From Schmidtea nova (lineage: Eukaryota): 64,000 nucleotides of DNA. The stretch spans positions 405,790,001 to 405,854,000 of the forward strand of contig CM097882.1 of NCBI GenBank assembly GCA_044892505.1. The letters are read 5' to 3'. Positions 62,359 through 64,000 of the stretch are shown here, one piece after another; the stretch's first letter is position 1; every line of letters starts with the position of its first letter. The notes below the pieces were generated by a model. That model had not been told where the DNA came from. It ran no database searches and worked only from the letters and a program-made list of their open reading frames with translations. The position numbers and the translations under genes were made by a program.

Positions 62359-64000
62359 CACCTATCCCCCGATTTACACGGTACTTTTTTTTGCACGTTT
62401 TCGCTTTTACACGGTTTCGAAAATTATAATTTTTTTTATTTCACTCTTATCAATACATATTTATAATAATAATATGCATATGTATATACATATTTATTTA
62501 AAAATAAAAATATAAGCATAAACAGGTAATTGCCCATTTAAGTATTCGTGTTTTAACAAGTTATTATTGAAATTATTTTTTCAATTTCTGCGCATTACGT
62601 TCATTTGTTTTAAGTACGCGATAAGTAATACAAGTATAATTCCTTTGTCCAGTTTGATTGATACAACAGTAGATTTGTGTAATGTAATATTATTTTGAGT
62701 TTGATTACACAATTTTCGAGAATCATCATAACGGTAAGTATCCTATTAAGTCTTAATAGGATACTTACCGTTATGATGATTCTCGAAAATTGTGTAATCA
62801 AACTCAAAATAATATTACATTACACAAATCTACTGTTGTATCAATCAAACTGGACAAAGGAATTATACTTGAATTACTTATCGCGTACTTAAAACAAATG
62901 AACGTAATGCGCAGAAATTGAAAAAATAATTTCAATAATAACTTGTTAAAACACGAATAATTAAAATAATTTTATTACTTAATAATTAAGTAATAAAATT
63001 ATTTTAATTATTACATACATATGTGATTTTAAAGGTCTTAATGTCAAAAGAAATTCCGAAAAAACAATTAAAAGAAAAGTTATATCGTTGGAAACAAAAA
63101 TAAAAATATTAGATAGACTTTGCCATGGAGAAGGTTCATCAGCAGTTAGCAAATTATATGGTATGAATGAAGGTACTATTAGGTCAATAAAAAAATGAAA
63201 GCAATATTAGAAAGAGTGTATCAGCTGGAGTTTCTACCAATAAGCAAATCTCTTCATATGTCAGAGATGTTGGAATTGTTAAGATGGAGAAAGCATTAAT
63301 GATATGGATTGAAGATCAAACACAGAAAGACTACCTATTGATACTAGTGCAATTAAATATAAAGCTTTGAAAATTTTATCAAAAATAAAAGAACAACCAT
63401 TAACATCTGACAACCAAAAACCTGATTTTGCAGCAAGCCATGGCTAGTTTGAAAGATTTAAGACTTGACATTGTTTGCATAATCTTAAAATAAAAGGTGA
63501 ATTGGCATCTGGTGATAAAATTGCCGCAAAAGCGTATCCAGCCAAGCTTTCTGAAATTATTTAGGCTAACTCCTATTACCCAGATCAAGTTTTTAATGCG
63601 GGCGAGACGGGTTTATATTGGAAAAAATGTCAAGTTGTACATTTTTGGCAAAATCTCAAAAAACAGCTGGTGGACAAAAAGCAGCAAAAGATCGTGTAAC
63701 CTTATTCTGTAGTAATGCATCAGGTGATAGAATAATGAAACCTTTGGTTATAAATAAAGCGTTACCACCACGTGCATTTAAAGAAGTAAATGTGTCCACA
63801 CTTCCAGTACATTGGATGCCCAATAAAAAGGCATGGGTTACCACGTCCATTTTTAGCGAATGGTTCCAGAAGTGTTTTGTACCTGAAGCAAAAAAATATT
63901 TAACAGAAAAAGGACTGCCTTTTAAAGTCTTTCTGCTGCTGGACAATGCGCCCGGCCATCCAAAAAATTTAGAACATAAAAATGTACAGATTGCTTATTT
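62359..64000 (+). mobile_element. TIGD1/Tigger1-like transposon, frameshifted, runs off the window
   Basis: TA|CACCTATCCCCCGATTTACACGG left end; KRKVISLETKIKILDRL HTH; QVFNAGETGLYWKK; KDRVTLFCSNASG..KPLVI; NKKAWVT..F.EWF..FVP; LLLDNAPGHP. Confidence 0.88.
62537..62965. repeat. 429-bp near-perfect palindrome (214-bp arms, 1-nt loop at 62751)
   Basis: The arms are reverse complements with two mismatches; centre CCTATTAAG-T-CTTAATAGG. Confidence 0.97.

Noticed and set aside
62761-62770. ATACTTACC, the U1 snRNA 5' end
   Set aside because: It is the reverse complement of a splice-donor motif within the palindrome; no U1 body follows.

Overview
Eukaryotic, very AT-rich DNA with 40-55 nt introns. 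The GAPDH carries the flatworm-type '[14 protein letters not shown]' segment, so this is most likely a planarian or other flatworm scaffold (inference). No prokaryotic features, CRISPR, rRNA or tRNA genes were seen. Three host genes are supported: a 6-exon ETS-domain gene with a non-canonical recognition helix (665-2886, +), an intact GAPDH (41497-42563, +) and the 3' exons of a glypican with a very long GAG-bearing stalk (43632-53603, -). The rest is nested mobile DNA: a decayed NeSL/R2-like RLE retrotransposon with Ulp1-protease motifs plus two short relatives; hAT, pogo/Tigger, piggyBac and mariner remnants; a complete 4.6-kb Ty3/Gypsy element with 121/122-bp LTRs and a -1 frameshift signal; several solo LTRs; a Polinton/Maverick end with one intact ORF; and a Gypsy integrase running in frame into an FN3-like membrane protein, followed by a catalytically dead ISG20/REX4-like exonuclease ORF. 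The last is the best candidate for an undescribed cargo system. A minimal hammerhead ribozyme motif and a 429-bp near-perfect palindrome are also present. All family assignments come from motif recognition by eye; no database searches were run.
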